A stretch of 64,000 bases of DNA from Patescibacteria group bacterium (GTDB lineage: Bacteria; Patescibacteriota; Minisyncoccia; Phycocordibacterales; Phycocordibacteraceae). The translations under genes and the position numbers were made by a program. The DNA lies in contig SCTS01000006.1 in NCBI GenBank assembly GCA_004322365.1, positions 70,201 through 134,200 on the forward strand, read 5' to 3'. The notes below the pieces were generated by a model that was not told where the DNA came from, searched no databases, and worked only from the letters and a program-made list of their open reading frames with translations. This document shows positions 1-8,357 of this stretch, piece after piece (within the stretch, counting starts at the first letter, position 1; each line of letters starts with the position of its first letter).

Positions 1-748
1 CAATGAGCATGCCGAGGTCAAGCATTAACAATTCCTTCCCTTTCAAAGACTCAGGGACATCATTCACTGCCATGCGACTCGCTAACCCTTCAGCAATTGC
101 AGTTTTTCCAACACCCGCTTCACCAATAAGGATTGGGTTATTTTTTGTGCGACGCGACAAGATCTGAATAACCCGATTGATTTCAATATCACGCCCAATA
201 ACTGGATCAAGCTTATTGTCGCTCGCAAGTTTTGTAAGGTTTCTGGTGTACTTGCCTAACGCGCGCATCTTTTTTGGTGCCTCAGGTTCGTTGGTGCGAC
301 CTGCACGGAATTCCTGCATAACAGACACGACGGCGGTGCGGTCAATACGGAAACGATTGAAAATTTCAGCAGCGGGCCCTGGGTTTTCAAGAATACCGAG
401 GAACAAATGCTCCACTGAAACAAACGATTCATTAAATGTAGTTGCAATTTTTACCGCAGCTTCAAGTGCCTGAGCTAGGTCTGGTGTTAAATAAAGTTGA
501 TATGAAGGTGAGAGCACAGAGCCTGTTGGAGGAACTTCCAAAAGTTCAATGACGGAATCTGTAAAGAGGACGGTGTCAACATCCAATCGCTCTAAAATAG
601 CGAGCACAATTGACTCCTCCTGCATAACAAGAGCACCAACAAGGTGCAGTGAACTCACATGGTTTTGACCACGCTCAATAGCAATCTCGTGCGCTTTGCG
701 TACGGCTTCTTTTGCTTTTGTTGTGAAATTTCCAAATGGTGGTGGCAT
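1..748 (-). CDS. ATP-dependent Clp ATPase (ClpC/ClpB family), N-terminal part. The gene continues beyond the window start.
   Basis: The minus-strand translation starts [15 protein letters not shown] (Clp N-domain repeats), then [39 protein letters not shown] (Walker A of AAA domain 1). There is no stop before position 1. Confidence 0.8.
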   Translation of the reverse strand, partial: MPPPFGNFTTKAKEAVRKAHEIAIERGQNHVSSLHLVGALVMQEESIVLAILERLDVDTVLFTDSVIELLEVPPTGSVLSPSYQLYLTPDLAQALEAAVKIATTFNESFVSVEHLFLGILENPGPAAEIFNRFRIDRTAVVSVMQEFRAGRTNEPEAPKKMRALGKYTRNLTKLASDNKLDPVIGRDIEINRVIQILSRRTKNNPILIGEAGVGKTAIAEGLASRMAVNDVPESLKGKELLMLDLGMLI

Positions 749-883
749 ACCTCTATTATACCACTCGAGTAATTATTTTGTTACAAGAATCTTGAGCACT
801 TAGATAGTAGAGGGTGTGGATGTCTGTGATCCCTCCGAAAACGACAAAGCGTCGTCTAAGCACTGACCACTAAACCCTACTCC

Positions 884-1723
884 CTACTTCGCCTTCGCTG
901 GAGTAGAGCTTGCGTGTGATGATGAAAAGACTGTCAAAATATCGCTTGTGGCAATGAAGGTTCCATTTCCACCAGACGCTTGGGAAACACTCGTTGCAAT
1001 ACCCACAAGATCACCAAAAATATTCACCAACGGTGTTCCTGGAACTAGGGTTGCATTTATATTGGTATCGATATTTCGAACTGAAATCGCCGATGCTCCT
1101 TTTACTGGAACAACATCAGTTGATGCTGTGCGTGATGACACGGCACCAATGACTACGCGTTCTTGCGTAACACTTACCAATGCCACCGTAGTTGCACCCA
1201 GTTTCAAAGCACCAACATCACCAATTCTAAATGGCGCACCGAGTTTTGTGTTGGTATCTTTTGGAACAAGAAATGCAATACCTACTTCAGGAAACTGCTG
1301 CGACACTGTGTATACCGCTGATGTACCACCGACAATAACAAGATGATCTTTGTCGACGATACTTGAGTCAGTAACAAAGAGTGCAGGGCCAATCTGTGCG
1401 GCAAGACCAACAATTGGCGTCGTGGTAGAAATTCCAGAAAAGACACGCCCTGTTTTCCCCAGTGATGCGGAAATTGAAGCGGTGATGAGGTCGTCCTCCT
1501 TCACAACAACAGTAGTCTCTTTAGTGGTTGCAGGTGTCGAGATATTAGTAGGAACAATAGTCTGAATAGTGCGTTCAACAACCTGATTAATTGTTTGCGT
1601 TACTCCTGTAGGCGCTGCAGCAAGAAGCGACACGGTAACAATGCCAGTAGCAATTGATGTAACAAATGACACCAAAATTACGAGGAGTACTATTTGAAAT
1701 TTTGAGAGATCTTCGATATCCAT
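884..1723 (-). CDS. Membrane-anchored trypsin-like (HtrA/S1C-type) protease homolog, possibly catalytically inactive
   Basis: 279 aa with an N-terminal TM anchor. The protease-domain-like region (VGD..VA.G.....VT.G.VS; IDTNINATLVPGTPLVNIFGDLVGIAT) aligns to HtrA RVGD/.../[26 protein letters not shown], but GNSGG is replaced by LVPGTP. There is no PDZ domain. Confidence 0.5.
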   Translation of the reverse strand: MDIEDLSKFQIVLLVILVSFVTSIATGIVTVSLLAAAPTGVTQTINQVVERTIQTIVPTNISTPATTKETTVVVKEDDLITASISASLGKTGRVFSGISTTTPIVGLAAQIGPALFVTDSSIVDKDHLVIVGGTSAVYTVSQQFPEVGIAFLVPKDTNTKLGAPFRIGDVGALKLGATTVALVSVTQERVVIGAVSSRTASTDVVPVKGASAISVRNIDTNINATLVPGTPLVNIFGDLVGIATSVSQASGGNGTFIATSDILTVFSSSHASSTPAKAK

Positions 1724-1788
1724 AAAATCAGGTTATAGGTTCTAGGTTATAGGTTCTAGGTTTAAATACAAGCAACATGAGTGAATGA

Positions 1789-3012
1789 TTAGTGGAGATG
1801 AGTTCGGGCAATTTTGAGAGCACCTTTAAATGCCGTGACGGCCTGTTCAATATCAAGTCGTGTTGTATCAATGCCGAGCGAAAACCTAATAGTGCCTTTG
1901 GCTTTTTTCTCATCGCCAGTAAGTGCCATCACCACATGCGATACATTTCCCCCGGTACCTACACAGGCACTGCGTGGTGACACGGCAATACCAGCTTCGT
2001 CCATCAACACTGAAAGATAATCACCGTCGATACCAGAAATAGCGAAAAGTGCGTTCGAGGCGATTCGTCGTTTTGGGTGTCCAATAAGTTCAGCGTCAGG
2101 TGCAACATCCCGCACTAACTCAATTAAATAATCTCGCAATTCTCGTACTCGCAATTCTCTTGTCGCCCTCTCTTCTTTAGCAAGGACAAACGCTACGCCA
2201 GCACCAACTATTCCAGCAACATTCTCAGTCCCTGGTCGAATACCTCGCTCTTGGGTTCCTCCGCCCCACATAGGAACCAATGGGACAGAAAAATCGCGAT
2301 ACAAAACACCAACGCCTTTCGGTCCGCACAGTTTTTGCGCATCATACGAAACCATATCTGCTCGAAATGCATGCGGACTCGCCTCGCTGTATAGAGGTGA
2401 TTGCGCAGCATCAACATGAAAAATTGGAAACGATACTTCAGGAACTAATTGTCTAAAGGTACTGACTTCCCTCCCCTTCCATCTTGTTATTTCGGTACTG
2501 ATATCGGCCAATGGTTGAATGACGCCCGTCTCGCTATTCACATGCGCTAGCGTTATCAGCGCTGTCTTAGGTTGTATTGCACTCGCAATTGACTGAACAC
2601 GAACAATCCCATCGAAGTCAGGAGCAACATAGGTAACTGCAACACCTCTACCTTGAAGAATTTCAAGAGTCTTTAAAATAGAACTATGCTCAACCGACGT
2701 TGTGACAACATGTATGTCAGTATACGCAATTCCTTTTTTGTGTAACGCATCAATGACGCCAAAAATAGCAAGATTATTTGATTCAGTACCGCCAGATGTA
2801 AAAATAAGTTCTTCTGACTTAACTCCGAGCGTTTGAGCAATAGCACTCCGTGCACGTTCAATTGCTTCATAGGCTTTTCGTCCCTCGGTATGTGGTGCGC
2901 TTGGATTTCCTGGAATATCTTCTAAGGCACTGTATACAGCCCTCGCGACTTTAGGGTGCACCACTGTTGCGGATGCGTTATCAAGATAAATACGACCATG
3001 CGTGGAAGACAT
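1789..3012 (-). CDS. iscS: Cysteine desulfurase (NifS/IscS, class V aminotransferase)
   Basis: 407 aa with ASATVVHP..., SGGTESNNLA, the HVNSETG..D PLP region, and the SPRSACVGT catalytic Cys loop. Confidence 0.85.
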   Translation of the reverse strand: MSSTHGRIYLDNASATVVHPKVARAVYSALEDIPGNPSAPHTEGRKAYEAIERARSAIAQTLGVKSEELIFTSGGTESNNLAIFGVIDALHKKGIAYTDIHVVTTSVEHSSILKTLEILQGRGVAVTYVAPDFDGIVRVQSIASAIQPKTALITLAHVNSETGVIQPLADISTEITRWKGREVSTFRQLVPEVSFPIFHVDAAQSPLYSEASPHAFRADMVSYDAQKLCGPKGVGVLYRDFSVPLVPMWGGGTQERGIRPGTENVAGIVGAGVAFVLAKEERATRELRVRELRDYLIELVRDVAPDAELIGHPKRRIASNALFAISGIDGDYLSVLMDEAGIAVSPRSACVGTGGNVSHVVMALTGDEKKAKGTIRFSLGIDTTRLDIEQAVTAFKGALKIARTHLH

Positions 3013-3068
3013 CCTTCTATAATACAGCGACTACGACACAAAACATACGCTATAATCTTCTGATACTC

Positions 3069-3578
3069 ATGGAAAGTGCTCACATCGTACTTCAAAATGT
3101 TCTTGAGTCCGTGCAAGGGAACCCCGTGCTTTCTGGACTTACTATTCTCGTGGCGTGGGCCCTCATTCAAGACCTATTTCTCTTCCGAAGATTACGACGG
3201 CTCGTGCGGGGTGGAGATGGAAAAACACTTGAAGGTACTATTCGAAAACTACAAGAACGGGTGAGTACATTAGAAGAACATGCCACAAAATCGACCGTGG
3301 CGTTTAACAATGTTGATGCACGACTAGAAACCTGCATTCGCGGGATCGCGATGAGGCGCTTCGATCCATTTGGCGGAGAAGGTGGACAGCAAAGTTTCAT
3401 TGTTGCACTACTTGATGAAAAAGGAGACGGTGCGGTACTTTCCGGTATTCATGCAAGAGATGGTGTGCGTGTATATGCAAAGGCAGTGAAAAAATTTCTG
3501 TCAGAGCGCGAGCTATCTGACGAAGAGCGAGGTGCGATTTCCGACGCAAAAAAAACACTTGCGTCAGAAAAATCCTGA
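3069..3578 (+). CDS. DUF4446-like hypothetical protein
   Basis: The start is the internal ATG; the longer 2967 ORF overlaps iscS. It has an N-terminal TM segment and coiled-coil/charged regions and sits upstream of infB. Confidence 0.45.
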   Translation: MESAHIVLQNVLESVQGNPVLSGLTILVAWALIQDLFLFRRLRRLVRGGDGKTLEGTIRKLQERVSTLEEHATKSTVAFNNVDARLETCIRGIAMRRFDPFGGEGGQQSFIVALLDEKGDGAVLSGIHARDGVRVYAKAVKKFLSERELSDEERGAISDAKKTLASEKS

Positions 3579-3632
3579 AATACAGCTCGCACGCTATTTG
3601 CTTAAGAAGCGTTTTTGTGTTTCTCTTGCACT

Positions 3633-5141
3633 ATGACAAGTCCACGATCAGCCAATCCTAAAGAATGTCACCAACCAGTTGTCGCAATTGTCGGGCATAT
3701 TGACCATGGCAAGACAACACTTTTAGACTACATACGAAAATCTGCAGTCGCTGCAAAGGAAACAGGCGGTATCACTCAGCGTGTATCAGCATATGAGGTC
3801 ACTCATACAGGAGCTGAAGGAGAAAGACATATCACCTTCATCGACACCCCAGGACATGAAGCTTTTCAAAAAATGCGAGCTAGGGCTGGCGCTGCTGCTG
3901 ACATCGCTATTCTTATTGTTGCGGCCGATGATGGTGTAAAGCCACAGACTTTAGAAGCACATAAAGCAATACTTGAAGCAGGTATTCCTTTTATTGTCGC
4001 CTTCACAAAAATTGACAAAGACACTGCCTCTTTAGACCGCGCAAAAGAAAGCGTGATGAAGAACGGCATTTATCTTGAAGGCTTGGGTGGCGATATATCC
4101 TTTGTGGGAGTCTCTGGGAAAACAGGTGCGGGCGTATCAGAGTTACTTGACCTCATTGGACTCACCGCTGACCTACACTCCATCACCTGCGATGCAACAA
4201 AAGAAGTAGAAGGAATCGTTATAGAATCTGCTCGTGATCCAAAAGCGGGAATAAGTGCGACTGTAATTGTTCGCTCAGGAACAGTAGCTGTTGGTGGTTT
4301 TGCTGTAATAGGGAGCGCCATGGCACCACTTCGTACACTAGAAGATTTTACAGGAGCAAAGGTTACAGAAATTTCCTGTGGTAAACCTGCACGCATAACC
4401 GGATTTGATTCTGAGCCGAAAGTTGGGAGCGTTCTTACGGTAGTCAAAACTAAAAAAGAGGCTGAAAAACTCACTGATGAAGCACGACAACCTACTCAAG
4501 CGAAACCACGCGGTAGCGCAGTGGAGGGCGCAGGAAAGCGCACGCTCGTGCGACTAGCACTCAAAGCAGATACCGCTGGTTCACTTGAAGCACTCGAACA
4601 TGAACTCGCAAAAATTTCAGAGGAAGGAATTGAATTGCATGTTGTCTCTGGCACAGTTGGTCCAATTTCTGATAACGACATCAGACCATTTATTGGTTTC
4701 TCCCCTGCTATTGTTCTTGGTTTCAATGTGAAGGCAGACGCTTCAGCAAAAGACCTCGCCGAAAGACAGCGCATCACCATTGAAACGCGCGCAATCATTT
4801 ACGAACTCGGCGACTGGCTTAAAGAAGAAATCAAAAAATTCAAACCCGAGATGGAGGAGGGAGCAATTTCTGGTACTGCTCAAATCATTAAACATTTTTC
4901 AAGCTCTGGCTCAAAACATGTTGTCGGAGGAAAAGTGCAGAGCGGAATCATCCACCTCAAAGATCAGGTTGTTATACACCGCAGAGGTATTGAGGTAGGA
5001 ATGGGAAAAGTAGTTAATCTCCAAACACAGCGCGCTGATGTTGATGAAATAGTCGAAGGAATGGAGTTCGGAGCACAAATTGAATCCAAGGCAGACATTG
5101 TTGCAGGTGACACCATAAGCGCAATGTTCAAGAAAGCATAA
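3633..5141 (+). CDS. infB: Translation initiation factor IF-2 (short form)
   Basis: G-domain motifs VAIVGHIDHGKTTLLD, DTPGHEAF and TKIDK, then the C-terminal beta-barrel domains. It is followed by rbfA. Confidence 0.9.
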   Translation: MTSPRSANPKECHQPVVAIVGHIDHGKTTLLDYIRKSAVAAKETGGITQRVSAYEVTHTGAEGERHITFIDTPGHEAFQKMRARAGAAADIAILIVAADDGVKPQTLEAHKAILEAGIPFIVAFTKIDKDTASLDRAKESVMKNGIYLEGLGGDISFVGVSGKTGAGVSELLDLIGLTADLHSITCDATKEVEGIVIESARDPKAGISATVIVRSGTVAVGGFAVIGSAMAPLRTLEDFTGAKVTEISCGKPARITGFDSEPKVGSVLTVVKTKKEAEKLTDEARQPTQAKPRGSAVEGAGKRTLVRLALKADTAGSLEALEHELAKISEEGIELHVVSGTVGPISDNDIRPFIGFSPAIVLGFNVKADASAKDLAERQRITIETRAIIYELGDWLKEEIKKFKPEMEEGAISGTAQIIKHFSSSGSKHVVGGKVQSGIIHLKDQVVIHRRGIEVGMGKVVNLQTQRADVDEIVEGMEFGAQIESKADIVAGDTISAMFKKA

Positions 5142-5147
5142 TCCTCC

Positions 5148-5474
5148 ATGCCACGAGATCAAATTCATAGAGACGAACGCTTCATATCAGCACTAAGTGC
5201 TGCAGCCGCACAGTTCATTAACCGTGAATCAAATCGTCGCTCACTCATTACTGTCACTAAAGTACATATTGCTGATGGTGGGAAAACAGCACAAATCTTT
5301 GTGAGCGTATTACCAAAAGAACAAACGCATGCGGTTGCAGATTTCTTATCGCGCCAGCGACAAGAATTTCTCGTTTTCTTAAAAACACAGGCGAGACTCC
5401 ACACGGTTCCTAGAGTTACCTTTCTCCCCGACCCTGATATGGGTGAGAGCGTTGAGGGAAGCTCTCAGACATAA
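5148..5474 (+). CDS. rbfA: Ribosome-binding factor A
   Basis: 108 aa, immediately downstream of infB, with an RbfA-like KH-domain sequence (RVTFLPD). Confidence 0.7.
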   Translation: MPRDQIHRDERFISALSAAAAQFINRESNRRSLITVTKVHIADGGKTAQIFVSVLPKEQTHAVADFLSRQRQEFLVFLKTQARLHTVPRVTFLPDPDMGESVEGSSQT

Positions 5475-5480
5475 GCAGAG

Positions 5481-5611
5481 CTTTCACTGACTGCACTCGA
5501 AAAAGAAATGTGTAGGCACATTCCTTCTTTCTCGCTTGTGGCTGCAAACGGGGTTTCCACTGACGGCACTCGAAAAAGAAATGTGTAGGCACATTCCTTC
5601 TTTCTCGCTTG
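5481..5611. repeat. Two tandem ~58-nt direct repeats (2 differences), each an imperfect hairpin, between rbfA and tRNA-Cys
   Basis: TTTCACTGACTGCACTCGAAAAAGAAATGTGTAGGCACATTCCTTCTTTCTCGCTTGT occurs at 5481-5538 and again at 5553-5611 with a 15-nt spacer. The internal inverted repeat is GAAAAAGAAATGTG/CACATTCCTTCTTTC. Confidence 0.8.
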
Positions 5612-5634
5612 TCAGTGTAGTATTGTAGTCAGAC

Positions 5635-5710
5635 AGGCCACGTGGCGAAGTGGAAACGCAGCGGTTTGCAAAACCGATATTGCGCGGGTTCGATTCCCGC
5701 CGTGGCCTCC
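5635..5710 (+). tRNA. tRNA-Cys (GCA), CCA encoded
   Basis: Acceptor GGCCACG/CGTGGCC, anticodon loop TTGCAAA, T-arm GCGGGTTCGATTCCCGC, discriminator T then CCA. Confidence 0.85.
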
Positions 5711-5880
5711 ATGGAGTAAAGCATCTGCATGTTTTACGGCGGGAATCGAAAGCCGGAACGATGTTTTTTGTTTCAAAAAACCGTGAGGCGGGGTCGAGCG
5801 CATTTTGTGCGACGGCACAAAATGACGGGTGACCGATTCCCCTTAATTCCCTAATCCTGTATCATAATCAAGCAACACCC

Positions 5881-5965
5881 GCCCGGGTGGTGAAATTGGT
5901 AGACACGCTCGACTTAAGATCGAGTTCCGTAAGGAATGTGGGTTCGAGTCCCACCCTGGGCACCA
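5881..5965 (+). tRNA. tRNA-Leu (TAA), long variable arm, CCA encoded
   Basis: Anticodon arm CTCGA-CTTAAGA-TCGAG, variable arm TTCCGTAAGGAATGT, T-arm GTGGGTTCGAGTCCCAC, acceptor GCCCGGG/CCTGGGC, discriminator A then CCA. Confidence 0.85.
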
Positions 5966-5974
5966 TAAAAAATG

Positions 5975-6004
5975 TTAGTCGCGCATCCGTGCGACTTTAT
6001 TTTA
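5975..6004 (+). terminator. Rho-independent terminator after tRNA-Leu(TAA)
   Basis: Hairpin AGTCGCGCATCCGTGCGACT followed by TTATTTT. Confidence 0.6.
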
Positions 6005-6203
6005 TGGTGCCCAGGAGCAAGCGCCCTGCGACGCTTGCGTGTGGGACTCGAAGCCCGGAGCGATGTTTTTGTTTGTCTTGAGTCTGCGAGAGACAAGGCA
6101 AAAACCGCGAGGGCCGGCACGGAGGCGCGAGAGTCAACGAGCGACCGGAGTGGAGTCCCTCCCCCGACACCAACAAAAAGATACGATATACTGCTTCGCA
6201 CAC

Positions 6204-6758
6204 ATGACTCTTTTCTTTGTCCTAGCCCTTTATGTATTACTAATACTTATCTGGTTAGTCTGCTTCTTTTTTTTACTGTTAATGAGCTACGGCATCATCA
6301 CAACAAAAGTACCCTATGTGCCAATACCTCAACATGTAATTGATGAAGTAAAGCGACTACTACCAATGAAAGCCGGTGACCAATTCTATGACCTTGGTTC
6401 TGGCGACGGGCGTGTCATCGCTACAATGGCTTCAGCCTACCCAGATGCATTTGCGACAGGTGTAGAGAAGGCCCCTCTTCCTTACACTCTCACCCAAATT
6501 CGTTTCTGGCGAAAACCTTTAAAGAATGTGAAAACTCTTTTCAGAAACTTCTCACGCGTACCGCTCAACAATGCAACACATATATACATGTATCTATTTC
6601 CTGAAGTCGTGGAGAAACTTTTACCAAAGTTCGAAGCAGAATTAAAAAAAGGAACCCGAGTTGTTTCCTGTGACTTCCCTTTCAAAACAAAAGAACCTGT
6701 AGAAACCGTAGTTGTTAGTGGCAGACACAAACACACACTGTATGTTTATGAGTTTTAA
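6204..6758 (+). CDS. Membrane-anchored class I SAM-dependent methyltransferase
   Basis: N-terminal TM helix, then SAM-binding motif I YDLGSGDGRV. The internal ATG at 6204 was chosen because the longer 6039 ORF start is R/P-rich and overlaps the conserved tRNA-downstream element. Confidence 0.6.
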   Translation: MTLFFVLALYVLLILIWLVCFFFLLLMSYGIITTKVPYVPIPQHVIDEVKRLLPMKAGDQFYDLGSGDGRVIATMASAYPDAFATGVEKAPLPYTLTQIRFWRKPLKNVKTLFRNFSRVPLNNATHIYMYLFPEVVEKLLPKFEAELKKGTRVVSCDFPFKTKEPVETVVVSGRHKHTLYVYEF

Positions 6759-7007
6759 AATAGACCCTTTAGACTATTGATTCAGGAGGAAAATCGGGTA
6801 GTATGGACGAATCTGCAAAGAAGCTACGCTTCCAAGTAGAAACGCGAAGAGAAAAGCTCGCGCCCGTAAGCAAAGCTTTCGGGCCACTCACTCGAAGAAA
6901 ATGAAAACCCATTTTCATTTTCCTTCTCGCTCGCGCCGTAAGAAAATCTTTCGTGCGGCGCCATCGAAGGTAATACAAGCGTTCCGCTTTTATTACCCTT
7001 CTCAGTC

Positions 7008-7080
7008 GCGCCCGTAGCTCAGTTGGTAGAGCGACTCCCTCTTAAGGAGACGGTCGTAGGTTCGAGCCCTACCGGGCGCA
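7008..7080 (+). tRNA. tRNA-Lys (CTT)
   Basis: Acceptor GCGCCCG/CGGGCGC, D-arm GCTCAGTTGGTAGAGC, anticodon loop CTCTTAA (A27/A43 mismatch in the stem), T-arm GTAGGTTCGAGCCCTAC. Confidence 0.75.
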
Positions 7081-7090
7081 CAGCATAAAA

Positions 7091-7116
7091 AAGCACTACG
7101 TAAGTAGTGTTTTTTG
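7091..7116 (+). terminator. Rho-independent terminator nested inside the tRNA-Lys 3'-end inverted repeat
   Basis: Stem CACTAC/GTAGTG with loop GTAA, followed by TTTTTT. Confidence 0.55.
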
Positions 7117-7347
7117 CTGTGCGCCCGAGTAAGCGAATAGTTTCGCTTACGTGTAGAGCTCGAAAAGCGGAGCGTTACTTTCTGTTTCAGAAAGTCGCGA
7201 GCTGGGGCTGCGACCGAGGCGAACAGTTGCACTCGCCAGTATGACGAAGCGTCAGGTGAGCCGAGAGTTGTGGCCGAGCCCTAGCTAAACTCGTGACCAC
7301 AAAAAATACTACCCACTTTAATTAAGATTAGTGTACAATCCCCTCTT

Positions 7348-7429
7348 GGGCGGATGGCGAAATTGGCAGACGCGCCAGCCTTAGGAGCTGGTCCCGCAAG
7401 GGGTGGAGGTTCAAGTCCTCTTCCGCCCA
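7348..7429 (+). tRNA. tRNA-Leu (TAG), long variable arm
   Basis: Acceptor GGGCGGA/TCCGCCC, anticodon arm CCAGC-CTTAGGA-GCTGG, variable arm TCCCGCAAGGGGTG, T-arm GGAGGTTCAAGTCCTCT. Confidence 0.8.
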
Positions 7430-7481
7430 CAACATTGGCATAGCGTCCAGACCTTCCATCTAGACGCAAGTCAAAAACATT

Positions 7482-8216
7482 ATGATTTGCCGTCTATGTC
7501 TTAAGGAAAAACAACTTTGTAAGAACTCCCACATCATCCCTGATTTTATGTATCAGGAGCTTTTCGATGAAAAAACTCATACCTTGGTGAAAGGCCTTCC
7601 GGGTAAGGGGCGAAAACCCGAAATCAAACAGAGCGGAGAAAAAGAAGGAGAATTACTGTGCGCAGATTGCGATAACCGGATAATCGGGGGATATGAGGGG
7701 TACGCCAGCAAAGTTCTCTACGGCGGAACGTCTCTAGGAGTTAAAAATGTTGTGAAAGCAGACGACGGACTTGAGATTACGATTGTTCAGGGTCTCGACT
7801 ATAAAAAATTTAAACTCTTCCTACTCTCACTGTTGTGGAGGGCAAGCATTTCAAAAAACCATTTCTTTTCAGCGGTTGATCTCGGTCCTTACGAAGAGAA
7901 GTTGAGACAAGTATTGATATCTGGAAATCCTGGATCATCTGCAAACTTTCCTTGCGTTTTGACGAGCTATAAACGAACTAGTATTCCAAGCAAAGTTGTC
8001 GTGGCGCCGATTAAGTCACGTTTCGAAGATGGAAAAATAATTTATTCCTTTATTATTTCCGGCTTTATGTACGTCTTCAAAATTATCGAGAATGAAAAAA
8101 CAGACTGGGTACTCGAGGCGACTATAAACGAAAAAGGCGAAATGCAGGTTCCGCATACGCCCAAAGAGTCTGCTACCCGTTTGTTCAATGCAATTCTTGG
8201 TCAAGCAGTATTCTAG
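7482..8216 (+). CDS. Hypothetical protein with an N-terminal HNH-like (His-Me finger / zinc-ribbon) nuclease motif
   Basis: 244 aa. The N-terminus reads CRLC-x9-NSHIIP ... LLCADCDNRI, the pattern CxxC ... H-I-I-P ... CxxC-N of HNH endonucleases. The C-terminal 170 aa are unrecognised. It lies directly after the tRNA cluster. Confidence 0.5.
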   Translation: MICRLCLKEKQLCKNSHIIPDFMYQELFDEKTHTLVKGLPGKGRKPEIKQSGEKEGELLCADCDNRIIGGYEGYASKVLYGGTSLGVKNVVKADDGLEITIVQGLDYKKFKLFLLSLLWRASISKNHFFSAVDLGPYEEKLRQVLISGNPGSSANFPCVLTSYKRTSIPSKVVVAPIKSRFEDGKIIYSFIISGFMYVFKIIENEKTDWVLEATINEKGEMQVPHTPKESATRLFNAILGQAVF

Positions 8217-8326
8217 CTGCCTCTGTTGTCCCCTCTAAACTTTTCTACCTCCCGCTCCCGCTTCATCCTTGCGATGTTCTCCCATCCTGGGTTCGGTTTC
8301 CATTTCCTCGCAGGCACTTCAAATAC

Positions 8327-8357
8327 AAAACACTCCGCCAATAGCGGAGTGTTTTAT
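8327..8357. terminator. Bidirectional intrinsic terminator between convergent genes
   Basis: Stem ACACTCCGC/GCGGAGTGT with loop CAATA, flanked by an A-run and a T-run. Confidence 0.6.

Noticed and set aside
177-473. Small ORFs on both strands inside clpC
   Set aside because: They are antisense or out of frame relative to a strongly supported Clp ATPase coding sequence.
2967-3068. N-terminal extension of the DUF4446 gene
   Set aside because: It would overlap the iscS 5' end by 46 nt and adds an R/Y-rich segment. The internal ATG at 3069 is preferred.
6039-6203. N-terminal extension of the methyltransferase
   Set aside because: It is R/P-rich and overlaps the conserved tRNA-downstream element. 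The TM helix begins at the internal Met (6204).
7008-7080. Possible suppressor tRNA with anticodon UUA (reading UAA)
   Set aside because: It was a mis-parse of the anticodon loop. With the full loop CTCTTAA the anticodon is CTT (Lys). TAA is used as the stop codon by most genes in the window, which argues against recoding.
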